From NCBI RefSeq assembly GCF_963921235.1, contig NC_086097.1:208322001-208386000 (forward strand): a DNA stretch of 64,000 bases, in the 5' to 3' direction. Below the pieces are notes generated by a model. It saw nothing but the letters and a program-made list of their open reading frames with translations, had not been told where the DNA came from and did not search any database. Below, piece by piece: positions 11,981 to 23,691 of the stretch (its first letter is position 1; the number at the start of each line of letters is the position of its first letter). The position numbers and the translations under genes were made by a program. This DNA comes from Mobula hypostoma (lineage: Eukaryota).

Positions 11981-14657
11981 AAGAAAATTTGAAAATAGCT
12001 ACATCCACTTGATTTGCTGTAGTGATCATTAAAACCTGGAAATTGGAATACATTGTTCATTTTGTATGAGTAGCACATAGAAGCAATTTTGAGCATATTT
12101 TAAGTGTTTACACCCATATCCAGTTAAAGTGCCAACTTTTTGGAAATTACATTGGTGGACTTCCTCTCACAATTCACTGTAACCACCGTCATTTCCTCTT
12201 TGCCTTTCCTGTACATGATAACACTGCCAATATGTAAATGCTTATTAATTATTTAATGTCAGAAATTGCATCATAAGGAAGTAAGTTTGCCCTTCATAAT
12301 TAATTTCAAGATCTCTCAGTCCTGAACCATCCGTTTCCTCAGATGCTGTCTGACTAGCTAAGTTTCTCCAGCAGTATGATTTTTTTTTTTGCTCCAGATT
12401 ACAGAATCTACAATCTCTTAACACACAATATCTCCTGTAGTGCTGTACGGTTTTGTATTGCAACAAAGTGTAACTCCCATTTAGCAGCACCAAAGATTGG
12501 GTGTGAACCAGTATCCCTGCGTGCATTGAACAGCCTGTGGTTAATGAAGAGCTGTAATGCAAGATTATATTGGATTTGGAGTTGTGTATGTAGAATTAAT
12601 TTATTTTATAAATTTTATCTTCATAAAGTTCCATGGTCCTTTTACCCCACTGGATCTAATTACTTATTATGGTCTTATAGTCTTATGCTCTCCTTGCTTC
12701 ACACTCTTTCTGCAGTGTCTTCTGAAATGTCACATTTTGTCTACCCTCCTGTTCTGCAACTCTTAAAGAGCTTGTCCCTGATCGTCTGCTTTTTTTACTT
12801 TTCATTCTCTTAATGAGATCTTTGTTTATTGTTCATTACGCCATGAAGCACTCTGCCCGAGTTTCTTTACATGAGCATTTCCAAGGACATGCTGTCTATC
12901 CCTACGCAATGTCGGTGAAGTAGCAAGTGTGTAAAAGTTATTTAACTGGGTTAGCAGTGAGGTACTGAACAAAACCGCAGAATAGGTCACAGTGGTTATC
13001 TTACTTATGGTTTTCTTCAGTCTTGGGTGACAATTGCCTTGAAAAGTCTTAGGAGCAGAAATGCAGATGTATTTGATAGGATGTTGGAAAATTTAACAAA
13101 TCAGTAAGTAATGGAAAATATAATTTAAATTTGGAATTGAAATATTGTGGAAGTTCAGGATGGAGCAGAAAATATCAGTTCACCAAAATTCAGCTGTAAA
13201 TTCACCAGAAATGTAAATTAAGCTACAAACACTTGGTGAAACAAACGTAAACTTTGTTAAACTGCCATAGTTATACATATCCAGTACGAATGCCCGTTGT
13301 GCAGGACCATGCATGACCAGTGGTTGGGTGAGATATCATACACTCACCCCTCCCTTCAATGATCAAACACATTAAGAATGCCTGTACATGTGTACATTAC
13401 ACATAAATGTAAAGTTCACCTCTATATGCAGTCAGTTTTGATTTCCTGTGCACACCCTGGTCATGTGAATAGTCCAGTTTGTTTCTGTGAGTGAACTGCA
13501 GAGTTAAATCAGCAGCTTTAGAAAAGGTTTCTTGAAAACATAAAAGAAGTTAAAAAATGAAGAAAATAAAAAGTAAAACGTTCACGTGTCAAATTCCAAT
13601 TCCTGTCATTGGTTCGCTAAAGCAAACTGCTTTTAGTTCTAAACTGGACAATTAGCAAGATGCTAAAAATGCTGCTGACCTGTGACCTTGAAAAGGACCC
13701 CAGGACAAATCAACCAGCTTTCTGGTTATACACATCTTCAATCTGCCAAGAAAATTTGCAGGTTTATCACTCCACACTGCTATTACTCTATATAACTTGA
13801 AATATCACTTGGCTACCATTTATAATAACCAGTGGTTGGTATGCACCTGGAATACTATGTACGTATATTTTTGGATACATCCACATTCCCACTTCTGGCT
13901 TCATAGGAAAAATAATTACATACTTACTTTGGTAAAGAGATTATTAATGGAAATCCCACAGCTTAAGAATGCTGTATATATCAAGTCTGGCTTCCAATAA
14001 GATGGCCAATGAGCCAGTAATTGAAGGACACAAACTTAAACCTTGCAACAACAACAATAAAAAAGGAGAGTTTAATTTATAAGGAGGTTGTTGGGAAATG
14101 AAATATTTTGCAATTCTATATAATTACACCAATTCTTTACAATTCTCTTTAAACAGACAGATAAAGACAGGCTTAACAATAAGATAGAAATGACAAGAGT
14201 AGGGTATAATGTAAATATATACATTATATGAAGACGAGACAACAATAGAGAGTAAATCAGTCACAAAGAATTAAGAAGGTGGGACATAAGAAAAGATATA
14301 ATTTGACAAGTAGGGAAGATATATTAATCTACTTCTAATTGTTTTTGCCATGAAAGATAAGCATACATTACAAATTACAAAAAATTGGCTAGTTTAGTAC
14401 TCTTATGCCTGGTGATAAATGTAACTTAAGGTTTTTTTTGTATTATCATCTAAGCTGGATAATATTGACAATAACTGTTAATGATTTTAGTGACCACTAT
14501 TCAAGACTGGAGAAAATATTTTGGAGGTTCCTCTCTATCCTTATTTTCAGTAATCAAAAAGATTACTGCTCATCAGTCTAAATTTCTTTTGTGAATAACA
14601 CACCATTGCCATTTACTTTTGTACCCAGATAAAATGATTTTATTTACTACCTTGCAG

Positions 14658-14744
14658 TCTTACTGTTAGGAATGAAGATGACGAACGAGCAAGAAGAATG
14701 TCTCAGGAAGCTAGAGGAGAAAGCCTGCCAAACTGTGAAGAAAG
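14658..14744 (+). CDS. RGS19: RZ-subfamily RGS gene, internal coding exon following the Cys-string exon: (C)LTVRNEDDERARRMSQEARGESLPNCEE(S)
   Basis: Acceptor cttgcag|T at 14657/8 and donor AG|gtatgt at 14744/5; 87 nt, phase 2-2. LTVRN..CEE matches RGS17/19/20 just after the Cys string. The Cys-string exon was not found in 1-14657, so the gene starts upstream of the window. The symbol rests on the TCEA2-like neighbour and TEYSEEN/VQSW; RGS20 is not excluded. Confidence 0.85.
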
Positions 14745-17700
14745 GTATGTTATTCCTTAACCGATATACAGTATACCTGCCATTGAAATGATTGCTATTG
14801 TTAACATGTTAGCAGTGATTTTGTTGCTGAAGTGGGGAGTTGTAATTGAAAGCAGTGGGTAGGGTTTAACTTAGCTCCTGGTAGAAATCAGGTGGTTGAG
14901 ACCTGATCAATATACACACTTCTCATCTGAAATTCCTCTCCATTAGTTTTGAGAGATGGTAAACAGAAATACTACCCCATCCTTCTTGTAATGTGAACAA
15001 AATGTATAGAAAAATACAGCATCATGAAAAAGTAAAGAGATGATTAGTTCGTTAACATATTTTCATCAAAAAATTATTTTCGGTCTTTTTTCCCAGCTGG
15101 AGTTCTCTGTTATGGTGCAACCCTCCTCCCTTAGTAACACCAAAGTTAATTGAATGTTCCACGGCAACTCTTTTGTTAAACAACTAAGCTCAGAGCAACA
15201 GGGATGTCCACTGGATTTGTTTTTGTACTAGCAATTTGCAATTGATCATGCATTTTATTACTTTGCTAATCTTTCTAACCACAGTGAGGCTATTTGTTGC
15301 GGACTTTAGAGGAGAGACCATTATAAGAATATCTTTATTGTCATTGTTGTGGAGCAATGAAACACAGTTTAGCAGCTCAACGTTTTGCAGCATGACAAAG
15401 AATATATACATAAAATAAACCCTAAAAACTCAGGAGTGCAGTCCAAAATTAATAATATATGGATGGCGGGGTAGGACTATTGCACACCTGCCATTCCTGG
15501 AAGTGTGATGCATTTAGCTGCCGCCGTCTTAGGAGGGGGGCAGGAGAAGGGAAGGGGGTGTTATACATTTCACTGCTTGTGGGTAGAAGCTGTTAAGGAG
15601 TCTCTTTGTTTTCGTCCTTAATGCTCTGTATCTCTTCCCAGAAGGTAGAGGGGAAAACAGGTGATGTCCAGGATGAGTGGGATTGCATGAGTGGGATTTA
15701 AGATTGCATCTTAAACTAGGTGAGGCAGTGGTGTGAACAATGGTCAGTTTTAACTTACAGTGTTGGAGAATAAAAAGGCTCTTCCAACCATCCTTTATTA
15801 GCCATTTTCTGTTAACAGCAATCGTTAAAATTGGTCTTAAAGGTAAAGAAAATTTTACACAATGAGGAGTGGGGGTTAGAGGGGATGAGGAAAGTTAAGT
15901 AGGAGAGGAAGATTAAATAATAGGCAGTTGTTACATAACTTCCAATGTCTACGCTTGCTGAAGCTGAACTGTGATTGGTATCGTAATAAATGATTATTGT
16001 TATAAACAGCAAAAAATAATAAGGCATTCATATCAACACACACAGTAAGCCATTCATATTCCATTTTTCTGAATGCATTTGAGTACTGAGGTAAAAAGTC
16101 ACCTTGCCTTGTTTTCCTTATCATTATGAAAGACCAATCAAAAATGCTTACTGAGCAGAACAGTTACCATCTAATGTCAGACACAAATTAAGTTCATATT
16201 CAGTCTGAAATTATGTTGATTTGAAAAATCCCTGATTTTTAATTAGTGAAAGTTTCCAATAAAAGGAGGGAATAAAAATCTTAACTTAAATCATTGGTAA
16301 AATATTATCTCAGTAAAATCTCATGTAAACATCTTCTGTTAAAAAATTTCATCTCAGTCAAACCTACTGATTTATTTATATGGATGAACTTATTTACTTT
16401 GATAAAATGTATTTACTTTTCACCAACTTCCTCAATAAACCTTGTATTCAGATACACAAGTGTATTTTATTGATGCTGTGGGGAAGCTGCTGTTTCCAGG
16501 ACATCACTAAATAACCAATACAAATAAGGCATTAGATAAATGGGTTACTGTATTCAGGATATTGAAATTTTGAAATATTTTGATGAGGTAAGTAATCTAC
16601 ATTCCATGTACTGAATAGAAGAGAGAACGATTCAATTATATTTTTTGCATTCTGTGTTTCAAGAATATTTTTTGGCTTAAATAGCATTCTGCTCATAATG
16701 GTCCAGGATAATTAGTGGTTCCTGAACAAAGGTTAATAAAGAGGCGTGTGTGGAAAGTCAACTGTACTGTATGGAATGACAAATAGAGAGATAATTTTCT
16801 TTTCCTTTCTAACTTCACTGTCAAATGTACTCTGTGGAACCTAGAAAAAAATCTGTGGAATCCATATCAGGGTATGATTATATTCTGGCCAGTTGGCTTT
16901 AATGATGAATGATTGCCTGGAACTTCAATCATGCGGCACTGTTTCTTTTTCAGCACTTGTATATGAAAATAAGTTCATTTTAAAGTGGCACATTGTTGTG
17001 ATCGTTTCCGAGTCAGTATGGGCCTCTCCCAAGACCTTGCCCGGGCATTTTCTATCATGAGTCATCCTTACATTGATGACGTGTTTAATGATATTCATGC
17101 TCACTGAGAGCCTTGCTGGGAGAAATTAACTTGTGGGATTCCAAAACATACCCACAGAAGAACACTGTCAGCTGAATAATGGTAGCACTGCCTCAGTATA
17201 ATTTAGTGAGGAATTCCTGAGGAAATTCCAGCCCATGAAAGGGACACTGATTCAGGTGCTTCCTTTAAATTACTTAAGTACCTGCCTCCTCCATAGTACT
17301 AACCACCCCCGCCACCCGCCCCCCACTCCCCAACAAGCTCAGAAACCTGCTGATCTTTCACAACCATGAATTCTCATTCCTCAAGCCCTAATCATTAAAA
17401 CTTCTAGAACCGAGTTTCTTAACCCGACCTCCAAATGTCAACTGAAAACCCCTACTAAGATCATAATTCCATACCCAGTAAAGTGAATTTCTTGCTCTTC
17501 TCCACACTGATACTCCGATTAAGTGGTACGAAAGCATCTGCAAAGCAGTTATATCCATGCCCAAATATACTTCCACACTCTTCTTTCTGCCATTTAGTAA
17601 CAGCCCAACTATGCAATCTCTGTGTAGGTCCAAACTTCTTCCTCCTTTACCAGGGAGAGTAATTTCCTTGCATGCTCTTGCTGCAACCATCATGACACCC

Positions 17701-18769
17701 CAAAATTATCAGTAAATCTGGGATTATCCTCGGCAGATCTACTCTCCACTTCCTTCATGCTGCACGGTAGGCAATGTCAAAGAGCGTAAAGTCTTATACT
17801 TTCAAAGTCAATTTACATAAGCGTTGTGAAATTACTTTCTGCAGTGCTTTTTCATTGCTCTGCTGAATTGAATGAAAAAAACATAACTAATGATCTGGAT
17901 GTGCTGTAAGAAAACCCAAGTCTTCCACCCACCATTGTCTGTCCCACCTTCAATCTCTTCTGCACCTGCAAACAGTCTATCTCTTCCTAATGTCACCGGT
18001 TTCCTATTTGCGCTATCTCCCATTCCTCACCAAGTTTCCTGTGCATTTCTAGAGTTTCTAATAAATCAGAAATCTTAGGAAATCTAGTTAGAACATTTCT
18101 CACTGGAAACGTAAATTTAGAAAAAAATAAGTTCGGGTCTTTTCAATGTAGCTGTTAACCAATTTGCTAGCACATAGGTAACATTTTAGTTATTTCTCAT
18201 AATCAATCTACCAAAATATTGGTTTCAATTTTTTTTTATGGTTTCTGTTTTATGTTGCTTCAATTGTTCATGTTTTATCTGTTGAGCACAAAAATAAAAT
18301 CTCATCCTACACAATCTTTTAAATGTTTTGTCTGAATACTCTAGAATAATGACTGTGAAATTTATTTTTTTTAATGTTCATTAACCTGTCTAGGAGCTTT
18401 ATTTCATTGATATTGAAGGCATTAACTATTGTTGATTTTTTAATAATTGATCTGAGCACATTGGTTTAGTATTCACCACTGAATACTTGGAGAAAATGAG
18501 CTTCCAAGGGATCATTTGCATATCTCTATTTTAATCCTCTGGGGAATCCAAGCAGAAAAATCCTCAGTTGTGTGCATTGGAATGTTTTGCTCCATTAAAG
18601 GGATGGTATAAACAAAAGTGATATTCCGAGTGTTAAGAACATGTGCAATATGCTTACTTTGTACCTTCATTAGTGGTTAATTTTAAATTCTCATATAAAC
18701 ACCTGAACTTATGAGTTAGACTAAAACGAACAACTAAACTAATTAGCGATATCTCTCTTAGAAATTGGA

Positions 18770-19135
18770 TAGGAGTGAAGATTTCAAGGGAGTTGGGTAG
18801 GTAGAAACTACTTTCATTAGTTGAGCAGTCTATGTTTGGAGGACAGTCTAAAAATTAGAGCCAGTCCTTTAAAGGAATAAATTAGGAAATACAGCTAGCT
18901 GTTAAGGTTTGTAGAAGTTTGAAACTTACTACTCCAAATGAGAATCAATTCCTGGTGAGTCGTTAATATGTTTGATGGATTTTTATTAACCAGTGGTTTT
19001 AAAGAAAATGGAGCAAAGACAGATATATGAAGTTAGATCACAAATCATCCACAAATTTATCTAATCGTAAAACCTCAGAACAGAATTTTGCAGGAGAGGC
19101 TGACTTCAAAGAAGGAATGACTCCTACCTCAGCTA
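18770..19135 (+). mobile_element. Very old CR1 3' fragment
   Basis: Weak but colinear similarity to CR1 3' ends (ctaaaaattagagccagtcc..ttaggaaa..gaatgactcct). Confidence 0.5.
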
Positions 19136-20149
19136 GATTGCTGCTGTATTCTTCTTTCACTACATCCTTTGTAAACTGAACTGTACCAATACATTCCAGC
19201 CTTTGTCCCTTTGTACTACTGCCCATAATCATCCAAATCTCTGATGTTCATGCCCTGACTCACTCAGTCCCACCACCATTAAGATAGTGGCACTATGTTG
19301 ATTTGTGATTCGACAATGCCTAGATTTTAAATTTTTCACTTTTTAAAAAATCCTTCCATGACCACATGCTCACCCCTGTGACCTTCTCCAGCTCTACAGT
19401 GCCTTAGTATGTTTGCTTTCCTCCATTTCTGCTCATCCCTGAATTTAATTGCTCTGCTATCAGCTGTCAATATTTCAGTTGCCCTGATGTCTGGAATTCC
19501 CTCCTTAAATCTTTCCACAACTCTTTCCCAATTTGACTCTCCTTAAAATCCATCTCCTTGAACAATTTTTTTCAGGTGTCTGACAAATCTTCAGTTTTCA
19601 TTCTTTCCTCATTGATCGTTATTCCTTCAAAACTCAAAAGTCCTAAACTCTGGAATTAGACTGAGCCTTAATAGCACCTTAGTCAACTCAGTGAGAAATT
19701 TTGTTTAATAATGCACCAGGAGCAAATTTAAACCTTTTACTATATTACAAGTACTGGAGAAATTGATGTTCTTGGATGATACTATCCACTGAAGTTTGTA
19801 ATTACATATGTTGTGATAAATTTCACAACCAATTATAAGGATAGCAAGGCACTGCATACAGGGAATGCCAGTGCAACATTTGTGGACATCGGTTTGATGA
19901 ATTAAGCAAAGTTCATCTTCTAATACTGAATGAAAACTACTTTGTTAAACAGTAGTGCGTTGAGTCTTTATCATGACCCATTTCTTTCCTGGCATAATTA
20001 TCATCTAGTTGTATTTATTTTTCAAACATATCAGCTATTATTTTTGTACCTAATCTGACTTAGAGTATTTATACTCTGTGTTCACTCAAGATATTTCTGT
20101 TGAATGCATTTTCTTTCATTTCAATCTATTACATTGATTAAACATCCCT

Positions 20150-20420
20150 TGATATTTATACGGTGTCTTTAATACAGTAAAAGATCCCAGGGTGCTTCAC
20201 AGACCATTATCAATCAAACCTAACACCGAGCCACATAGTTATTAGGGCAGATTGTTGGGATCTTCTTATAGGATGAAAGAGAAGCAGAGAGGTTTAGGAA
20301 TAGAATTCCAGAGTTTAGGACTTGGGTTCTGAAGGCACATCCACCAATGAGAATAGAATTAAACCTGAGACCTGCCAGACCAGCAAAACAGGAAGAATTC
20401 TGACATTTCAGCAGGTTCTA
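20150..20420 (-). mobile_element. Old L2-like LINE 3' fragment; a similar copy in opposite orientation at about 19330-19760
   Basis: Degenerate 3'-end similarity (tatttatacggtgtctttaa..cccagggtgcttcacag; ggaatagaattccagag versus ctggaattccctccttaaa). Confidence 0.4.
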
Positions 20421-20531
20421 AGATAGGAAGAAATTAGTGAATTGGACCCAATTCAGAATATTCCTTCTGTGTGAATTTAATAAACTGCAATTTGGTAAGC
20501 TACTTATGAAATCAACTGTGTAGATCTAAAA

Positions 20532-20690
20532 CACAAACACGAGGAGATCTGCAGATGCTGGAAATTCAAGCAACACACACAAAATGCTGGTGGAACGCAG
20601 AAGGGTCTTGGCCCGAATCGTTGACTGTGCTTCTTCCTATGGATGCTGTCTGGCCTGCTGCATTCCACCAGCATTTTGTGTGTGTTGTGC
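20532..20690. mobile_element. Penelope-like inverted terminal-repeat insertion
   Basis: TSD gtagatctaaaa at 20520-20531 and 20691-20702; 30-bp inverted arms at 20571-20600 and 20658-20687. Confidence 0.85.
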
Positions 20691-20825
20691 GTAGATCTAA
20701 AAGGTGTTTTTCCATGTTTTCATTTAAAATGCTGTCTTTGAATTTCAGGTTGTTTCCTGGAATGTTCATACAAAGGTTTCCTTGAATTAACAATTGCTTC
20801 CTTCTTTATGACTTTGCTAATACAG

Positions 20826-21060
20826 TCCAAAGCCAACACTTGAAGAAGTGCAATCCTGGGGACAGTCTTTTGACAAGTTAATGAAAAGTCCTGCAGGAAG
20901 AAATGCATTCCGAGAATTTTTACGAACAGAGTACAGTGAGGAGAATATGTTATTTTGGCTGGCCTGTGAGGACCTTAAGAAAGAAGTCAACAAAAATATT
21001 GTGGAAGAGAAAGCAAGGTTAATATATGAGGATTATATATCCATCCTTTCACTTAAAGAG
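20826..21060 (+). CDS. RGS19: RZ RGS gene, exon encoding N-terminal part of RGS domain (SPKPTLEEVQSWGQSFDKLMKSPAGRNAFREFLRTEYSEENMLFWLACEDLKKEVNKNIVEEKARLIYEDYISILSLKE)
   Basis: Acceptor tacag|T at 20825/6 and donor GAG|gtgagt at 21060/1; phase compatible with both flanking exons; RGS-box motif F..FLRTEYSEENMLFWLACE. Confidence 0.95.
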
Positions 21061-21160
21061 GTGAGTTCATGTTACATTAATCATTTTGGGAGTTTTTAAG
21101 TAAAATATACTATCGTGGAAACCAAGTGCTCATCAGAATACTTTATAAATGCACATAATT

Positions 21161-21308
21161 ACACTAGTGAAATTTAAGAGACTACTAGACGGGTATATGG
21201 AGGAATTTAAGGTGGGCGGTTATACGGGAGGCAGGGTTTAAGGGTCAGCTCAACATTGTGGGCCGAAGGGCCTGTACTGTGCTGTACTGTTCTATGTTGT
21301 ATGTTCTA
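21161..21308 (+). mobile_element. Severely 5'-truncated CR1 (family B 3' end)
   Basis: Closely matches 33681-33826; possible TSD ataat at 21155-21159 and 21310-21314. Confidence 0.85.
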
Positions 21309-22560
21309 AATAATCCAAAAATGTACTTTTGTGATTTGGCAGATTAATGATATAATCTAAATGCTGAGAAGAGGTGTAGAAATAATGATGTAATGGTTTA
21401 GAAGGGGTAAATATAATTTTCTCCAATTAGTGAATGGCCCCAGGATCATAGAACGTTGATTCAAAATGATGAAGAAGTACACAGGAGAGATGATGAAAGT
21501 ATCTGTTTTAGACAGAAAATGTTTAACCCCAAGGAGCTCACTGCCTGCCATGCCTTAATAAGTAGCATTAATAAGTCTTTTGAAAGGAATTAGGAAAACA
21601 TTTGGAAGAATAATAATCTGGAAAACATTGGGGGAAAAGTACAGGCAGATGCAAATGAATGCAAAAGATGGGCTGCATGTCCTCTTCTTATGTCACAACA
21701 ATTCAATAGGAAGGAGAAGTAATTCAGTCCATTTGCATTTACTTTAACGTGCAGATCTGCTTAAAATGTGCACACATTAGTTTATGCTGATGATCATCTC
21801 TGAGTCAGTCAGAACACTGGCCTACACATTTTGGGCACAATCAATGGGAGGGCCTACTGTCAGATGGGAATCTGTCACAAACTCTGTAATTTTGTATTTG
21901 TACATAAGGGTGAAAGCTGTTCTAATGATTTTTTGGGCATGTGGTTCTTTTTCTTTTATCCAATTTCCTATTTATTTAAAATCACAGTATTTGTTAGCGC
22001 CAAAAAGATGACCTCCAGTTTTTGGGCAGATTTTACTTCTTGGAGGGAGTAGGTGCATCAGAACTACAAATGCCTGGAAAAATAAATGGTCAATAAATAG
22101 GTTTTAACCGTAGCTGAGAAAATAACTGAACCAAATTCAAACCGGTCAAGCTATATACCTCAACTGAAAAAATATGTGGGTGCGAGGGAGTAAAGATGAG
22201 GATTCTTATAATCACCACTTACTATTCCTTTGAAAGCTGTTTCTATATAAAATGTTGCCACAGATTATCTACGCAGATTACCCCCTGTCATTGTTTAAAA
22301 CACATTGCTCCAGAAAACCATCTATCTGAAAAATATTATTTTTAATTCACATGGTTCTAATATATTCAAAAATGTCTATCTATTCTAACAGTCTGAGGAG
22401 AAGTAGGTAAATTCCAGTTTTTCAGATAGAATTTGTGTGGTATTGACATATTCAGATATGGTTAAAATAGCTTGGTTACTGTTTTTGACCTAGAGACAAG
22501 ACGTGAAAGTACGTCATAGGCTGATTTCCTTCTGTACTTGCACAGCTGTTAAGAAAATAC

Positions 22561-23250
22561 TGAATTGAATTGACTTTATTAGTTACATCCTTTAAATACA
22601 TGAGGCGTAAAAATCTTTACGTTACGTCTCCTTTCAAATGTGCAATGTGCTATTTTAGGAATTCATAATTAATATTATGTACAACAAGATAGTCAGTGTA
22701 ACATAGAAATATAGTAGCATCAGCATGAACTAATCAGTCTGATGGCCTGGTGGAAAAAGCTGTCCCGGAGCCTGTTGGTCCTGTTATACATACAGTAAAG
22801 GAGGGGGCTAAGTACACAGCCCTGAGGGGCACCTGTGTTGAGAGTCAGAGGGGCAGAGGTGAGGAACCCACTCTTACCACCTGCCGGCAATTTGATAGGA
22901 ACTCCAGGATCTAGCTACACTCGGCAGGGTGAAGGCCGAGGTCTCTGAGCTTCTTGTCGAGTCTGGAGGAAATTATGGTGTTGAATGCTGAGCTGCAGTC
23001 CAAGAACAGCATTCTCACATAAGCATCCCTCCTCTCCAGATGTGTAAGGATGGCGTGTAGAACTGTGGCTATTGCATTGTCTGGCGATTGATTGTGTCAG
23101 CAGGCAAATTATAGGGGTCCAGTGTGGGTGGGAGCAAGCTGCAGATGTAATCCTTGACCAGCCACTCAAAGCATTTGCTTGTTATTGAGGTGAGTGCGAC
23201 AGGACGCCAGTCGTTCAGACCTGTTACCTTGGTCTTTTTAGGTACAGGGA
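22561..23250 (-). mobile_element. Rex1/Babar-like LINE fragment with internal deletion
   Basis: (CAATT)n tail at 22561-22572. Minus strand encodes degenerate RT motifs ([35 protein letters not shown]). Confidence 0.75.
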
Positions 23251-23564
23251 CTAAACCTATTGATCTTTTAAAATAATATTACCAGAAGCAATGACACTAC
23301 ACAAACTGATGCTAAATTATAAAATTAAAAATGCTTCTTTTTATCTATAGATCATGAAGATGTGATCCATAATAAATCCTGGCAAATATGGCTAGCATAT
23401 GCACAGCTGTACCCACTTAATTAGAAGATTATAAGACATTATTCCTATTTCCCATTATATGCAATGTAAGCATATAATAAAACTAGAATTCCTTAAGTTA
23501 TGCAACACACATCAAAGTTGCTGGTGAACGCAGCAGGCCAAGCAGCATCTATAGGAAGAGGCGC

Positions 23565-23600
23565 AGTCGACGTTTCAGGCCGAGACCCTTCGTCAGGACT
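23565..23600 (-). ncRNA. Minimal type I hammerhead ribozyme motif (Penelope-type)
   Basis: Minus strand: AGUC-CUGACGA-AGGGUCUCGGCCU-GAAAC-GUC^GACU. Conserved core boxes, stem I AGUC/GACU, short stem II and palindromic ACGU in place of stem III. Confidence 0.75.
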
Positions 23601-23655
23601 AACTGAAGGAAGAGTGAGTAAGGGAGTAAATCCCTTACTCACTCTTCCTTCAGTT

Positions 23656-23691
23656 AGTCCTGACGAAGGGTCTCGGCCTGAAACATCGACT
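23656..23691 (+). ncRNA. Minimal hammerhead ribozyme motif, mirror copy with a G>A change (GAAACAUC)
   Basis: AGTC CTGACGA AGGGTCTCGGCCT GAAAC ATC GACT. Confidence 0.6.

Noticed and set aside
12245..12813. ORFs of 105 and 145 aa in the RGS intron
   Set aside because: They overlap a degenerate Penelope repeat and AT-rich sequence; no domain recognised.
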